Shown: piece by piece, positions 58,997-64,000 of the stretch
Numbering within the stretch: the stretch's first letter is position 1
How the letters are laid out: every line of letters begins with the position of its first letter
Assembly (NCBI GenBank): GCA_001599295.1
Contig: BCGN01000001.1
Coordinates: 1-64,000, forward strand
Direction of reading: 5' to 3'
Origin: Sporopachydermia quercuum
Lineage: Eukaryota
Length of the DNA stretch: 64,000 bases
Program-made: the position numbers and the translations under genes
The notes under the pieces: model-generated
The model's database searches: none
What the model was told of the DNA's origin: nothing
The model's input: the letters and a program-made list of their open reading frames with translations, nothing else

Positions 58997-59089
58997 TTGC
59001 TTTTACTTTCCTAAACAAATGATATAATAAACTAATTTCATTCTACGAAACTAAGAATGAAGAACACAAGCGTAAATGATAACATGAAT

Positions 59090-60795
59090 CTATGTACTAG
59101 AATGAATTCTATGATTGAAATTAGCATCAAGCTGCTCACAATCAAAAGGTTTACTCATCTGAATATGGTTTTTTTTTTTCAGAATCATTTTCAACTTGTT
59201 CGATATGCTCAAGATATGAAGACGGTAGGAGCTCCTTTTGGCTTCTTCTCTCCACAGTGTCTGTTTCGATGAACTCACTAGATCGGTGATTACTTCGATT
59301 ATGAGCCATCGATCCAAGCATTGAAGTACTGTTTATTCTTTTGTTGACAAAAAATTATATCTTGTATATCCTCAGACTTAGCAGATTCGTTTCTAATGTC
59401 ACTCTTGAGAAATTCTTCATCTTCAGTATGATAATAATTTCTGGCGTCTGAGGTCTTTTGAGTAATTGTGAGATAGTCATATTGTTGTGCAAGAGGCTAA
59501 CTGGGACTTTGTATGAGTTGATGTATATGTGACTCTTGTTCCAGCATTGCATTGATGTCGCTTGGATTTTGATTCTCTTTGGAATTGCGTTTTTGTTCAA
59601 GCTTTTCATTTGTATTTGTTTTCTTTTTTTCCTTCCTCTTCTTTCTTGACTCTCGCTCCTTTGGAATCAACTTTTCTATCACCATGTTCACTTCTATCTG
59701 CATTTTCAAGTAACATATCGTCTACATTCAATATTTTCAGCTCTCCTAGGCCTGTTTCACGCAATAATCTAACTCTCTCACCTGAGGTCACGTCATCTGC
59801 CCAGCACTTCTTGTAATAATCAAGCTTCTGATTCTCAACTACATCTCTATCAATATGAAGAGTGTGTTTATAGCATGTCATTTTTTCTGAGGCTTTCTTG
59901 TTTCTGACAATAAAATCGATAACAATACTGAAAGAAGCTCTACTTCTTATAATAGCGACTGGATTATCATCAATAGTTATTTCATACCAGAAATCCTCAT
60001 CTATTACTTTGAGCAAAGGATGAGTGAAATCAAACAGTTCTCAGGGTCAGTATTATTAGACATTACTTCATCATTAGTGAGATAATAACCGTCTCTAGTA
60101 GACCTAAAATGTTCTGGAATGCAAGTATAATTTGTTCCTGATAGCTCAGCAAATACTTCTTCAGTAGGTCTGAATGATGGAGATATGTCGTTTACCCTTG
60201 TTGAATGAGAAACCTTATCGGTTTTCTTCCAACGTGAGTTCTCTTCCATAAACTTTTCCGACCAAAAACATTTGCTTTTCCAAGTGATTGGTGTAGTAGG
60301 AGGAACAGCGGGAGTTGGATCATTCAGGTCATGGACAGTGAAAACAAAATGGTTAAGGTTTGGATAATTTGTAGGAACAAAGTATGGATTTGGGGGGTGG
60401 TAATTGGAATTTGAACCTAACTTCGAATAAGNCAACTCAAAGAAATTATTGGGAATAAACTCCGATTCGAAGAACTCTCTGAATCTTGAACCAATGATAG
60501 TTGATCTGGTAGACTCCATAGTAGGAACGGAGATACTGGTCGCCCTTGTTGTTTTGTTATTAAATCGAATGTCATGTTTGCATGCTGGTAAGAAAGAGGA
60601 ATTGGTTTGTAACGCTTCTATTTGAGAATTGAGATTTCTCTCGGTTGTGNTGGGATTAAAACTAGAAGTAGGATTATTCTTGGCTGATAAAGTTGTTTTC
60701 AGGGACGAGGGCTTTTCTTTAATAGATAATTGGTTATTTGATGCTTTAAACTGTCTTTTAGCTGAATTCTGGACTCTAGAAGAAGCACGAAACAT
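59090..60795 (-). pseudogene. Frameshifted gene of unknown function (pseudogene or assembly errors)
   Basis: The 263-aa ORF continues in a shifted frame (…TDPE / ELFDFTHPLLKVIDEDFWYE…, 136-aa ORF). Further overlapping protein-like frames run to 59090. No splice signals at the first junction. Confidence 0.5.
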
Positions 60796-61679
60796 CGTAT
60801 ATTGGAGTTCTACTATTATTCAGACTGATATTNAATATGATCTGACGCAGTAAGACCATATCTGTATATAACAACAAGAAAATACTGAATTTAACAGTTT
60901 AAGATGAAATGAAGCTCAAATATTGTATTACTGTTTTATAAAGCAAGTCTGCTGAACTACAAAAAGGTAAGGAAACCAGATTTTTTCTGATATATATAGA
61001 ATTTCCAGAGGAGAAAGNATGAGGAAAAGCATTAACAGAACAAAACTTCAGATCAATAAGCAAGACAATGAAGAGAAGACTGCAGTTGGCACCACTTGTT
61101 TTACTCTCNAGTAAGAAAATACAATGAAATCAAGGTAAGTACAGTACGAAGCAGAACACAACTTTTGCAGCTCACCAGCATGAGAATATTTCCACGACTG
61201 TGTAGTATCACTTGCGATGAGTGCTGCCTCAAAATTTTAAGTTGTCTTACAATAACTATATTTGACTTTGTTAAATAAAGAGTTGACCATTTGATAATCC
61301 GGAAAGACCGATTTGAAGCTATAGTTGAATAGATATAAGAGAAATTAGCGTGTCAGGATGTAGTGAAATTAAATAAGGTTTAAGCTATCATATCCATATC
61401 GGGAATTTCTGTTGGTNAACTCTACTCATTTTACAAAATGAAGTCCTCGATTTGGATATTCACTCTTTAAGTATGGAGATTCGAAAGCACACATTTCCTT
61501 TCTACTTTTTCTTTTCTTTTTCTGTTGTCGCTTTATTTTATTATTGTTCTACTGAACTTACAGTGAAATTCTCAAAATAACCCAGTAAATCAAACATCCA
61601 AAATTTAGCTCCGACATGAATACATAATATACAGCTACATAAACCGCAATAATCCGTTTGATCTAAACATTAATCAAAT

Positions 61680-63041
61680 TTACAACACCATCCATACAGC
61701 AAATCCAAGAGCTGCACATAGAATTACCGCCGTAAGAATACCAGCTCCAATTCTATCTTTCTTAGTAATATCCAGCTCGTTACCAATTAGAATTGTTCCA
61801 CCCATACCAGCGTTTTCACCACCAACGGATGATCCTCCGGTTTGCTGTGTTACTGGTTTCTCTGTAACTAATAATGACTGAATTATTTCTAAAGCACACA
61901 TTTGTTCTCCAAGGCCATAAAATCCATCCCAGCCTCCAACGTTCCAGTTCAAACCGCAAGTGAATCCGTCCGACCCACCAGAACAACTGCCAGCTGCAGC
62001 TGAAGCTGAAGCTTCTAATAAAGGTGTGATAGTATCTGCAAGACTAGGTACAAGAACACGAGTGAGGCCTAAGAATCTCGCTAGCACTGCTTTGAATGAT
62101 CGTTGATCGTTATTACAAGAATTATATGGTTGGCATACTTGTTCGTACATGACATCTTCTTGGAAAAAAAGATTAGCCGCCGAATTCACTAAATTGGTTG
62201 TAATAGTTTCCCATTCTGTATCATTGGTGAATTCAGTTAAATAAGCAGCACCACCAAGAAATAGGGCATAGTTGTACGTCCATTCGTTTACTGACATATC
62301 AGTACAGTTATCATCAACTCCTGCACCATCATAAACTTTCATATCACTACCGGTTCCTGAAATAAACCCAACTCCTGTTATCCAATCCCATACTTTATGA
62401 GCTGTGTCCACATAAGTAGTGTTTCCTGTATAACGCGCCAATCTGGCGGCCANGTTGAATAAACATCCTGCAGAAACAGTGTTTTTATAATCATAACCGT
62501 TATTCCAAGTAAAAATCTGCCAACGTAAACCTCCGTTGCAATATTCCATATCCCAACGAGCATCAATTGTATTATAAACAGCCTGGGCAAGGTATAACCA
62601 TTGAGGCTCATCATCGGCAGGATTGGTAAAATTCCTTTCAACAGCTTGCATTGCTGCAAGCCCCCAAAAGCCTTGATCATCATTACCTTCAGTAGTTGTT
62701 TGATTGGATGGCATATAATTTCTTCCTGATCCAACTTGGTAGAGTAATGATTGCATCAATATGTCTTCATAAGTAGTATTTCCAGTCAAGTACCAGAAAT
62801 CAATCATGCCTCCCCATGCTGAACCTGCTTGCCACCAATAATAAGGAGGAATCATCATGCCAACAACACCACCGTAAACAGATCCCCAATAGTAATCCAT
62901 AAGACCTGTGGAAATATACGCTAAGGCCGATTTAATGGATGTAGGATCGTTGACATCAAGGGGAAGACCATTGGCATGACCACTGAACTGAGAGAACACT
63001 ACTAGCAAGCTCGCTAGCCATGAAAAGGAGTTTAATTTCAT
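61680..63041 (-). CDS. DCW1: GH76 alpha-1,6-mannanase/transglycosylase (Dcw1/Dfg5 family), probably GPI-anchored
   Basis: Signal peptide, PYYWWQAG, catalytic EGNDDQGFWG, GGLRWQIF, YKNTVS and a hydrophobic C-terminus. QWLYLAQAV is closer to Dcw1 than to Dfg5 as I recall them. Confidence 0.85.
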   Translation of the reverse strand: MKLNSFSWLASLLVVFSQFSGHANGLPLDVNDPTSIKSALAYISTGLMDYYWGSVYGGVVGMMIPPYYWWQAGSAWGGMIDFWYLTGNTTYEDILMQSLLYQVGSGRNYMPSNQTTTEGNDDQGFWGLAAMQAVERNFTNPADDEPQWLYLAQAVYNTIDARWDMEYCNGGLRWQIFTWNNGYDYKNTVSAGCLFNXAARLARYTGNTTYVDTAHKVWDWITGVGFISGTGSDMKVYDGAGVDDNCTDMSVNEWTYNYALFLGGAAYLTEFTNDTEWETITTNLVNSAANLFFQEDVMYEQVCQPYNSCNNDQRSFKAVLARFLGLTRVLVPSLADTITPLLEASASAAAGSCSGGSDGFTCGLNWNVGGWDGFYGLGEQMCALEIIQSLLVTEKPVTQQTGGSSVGGENAGMGGTILIGNELDITKKDRIGAGILTAVILCAALGFAVWMVL

Positions 63042-64000
63042 GATAGGTGATAAAAAAGAGGACTGGATCGCTCGTGAATGTGAGTTAATAGATTGGTGTC
63101 TAATAGACTTTTAATTTGTAAATGTGTCTGACGAGAATACAATATCAGATGAATCTGTTGCAATACCAAATAACAGAACGCTGTGGTTGATTGCCAGATT
63201 TCTATGCTAGGCAAGTTGTATCATTAGACAAAAAATAACAAAGACTCAGTAGCCACTAGATATGAGTGCGTGTCTATGTCAATATGATCTAACAACAAAT
63301 CGCCGTTATAAACAAAAAGATGGAGACAATGACAATGCTATGACGACAAGATACCAAATGATGAGATATATCCTGTAAAACTGGAAACTCAAATCAATTT
63401 TCTGTTATTTTTCCTTAAATAGATTGTAATTTATTTGTTGTTTTTATTTATTGTCTAGTAAGAAGACATATATAGCTAGAAAACTGTCAGCAAAAGATAC
63501 ACACTTTGAACNATCGCTGTGCATCAGAAGGAGAGAGACAAAGGGTTTGTTAGGTATGGTGGTTAAAAATACAAAAATAAGTGATGAGGATGCTGCGGGA
63601 AAATGCGAGGCAATGCAAGTATTAGGGAGATGCATAGATGTGCGGGAAACTTCATTCTAATTATAGAGGCAAACAAACAAAATGAGCGTTTACATGTAAT
63701 GAGAGTATTCGTATTCATTACTTCTTGATTTATTATACGTTTTATGTAAAATACCAACANAGAAATATCAAAGTCCAGAGGCCTGAATATGAGTAAATTT
63801 CACTGTTCCATAGCGATCAATTCTNCTCGTACTTTAATCTCTATTCCTANTTAAAGAAAATCACGAGTCAGAATAAGTACATCTCGCACCTACTAGACTA
63901 CAAGAAGTTAACTGTCCCATGGATTATTGGAGTAAAATTGTCCTAATCATAACACAAATAGAATTAAGAAGCAGCAGGTTGTTTACATTAGAAATAAACT

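Noticed and set aside
1..64000. Scattered single 'n' bases
   Set aside because: They are isolated ambiguous or masked positions that preserve reading frames, so I treated them as technical.

Overview
AT-rich nuclear DNA from a budding yeast (Saccharomycotina-like gene set, TACTAAC-type spliceosomal introns, CTG read as Leu). It is relatively intron-rich for a yeast. I find about 19 protein-coding genes: a secreted Flo11-like adhesin with a (Thr-Asp-X)n stalk that runs off the left edge and is missing from the ORF track, ARO80, a CYLD-like USP deubiquitinase, cysteine synthase, IST3, YND1, a divergent metalloreductase/Ctr copper transporter pair, SUA7, NUG1, PAC2, TMA20, MPH1, SEC3, DLT1, PSG1, SEN15, SAM37, RNA14 and DCW1. 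I rebuilt five spliced gene models by hand, one with a GC-AG intron. Two regions look like decayed or frameshifted genes of unknown family (about 3.9-6.2 kb and 59.1-60.8 kb). The most unusual signal is two multi-kb domains strongly enriched in CCG/CGG on both strands, in coding and non-coding DNA alike. I recognised no tRNA, rRNA, CRISPR array or intact mobile element. Gene names come from recalled motifs, not database searches.
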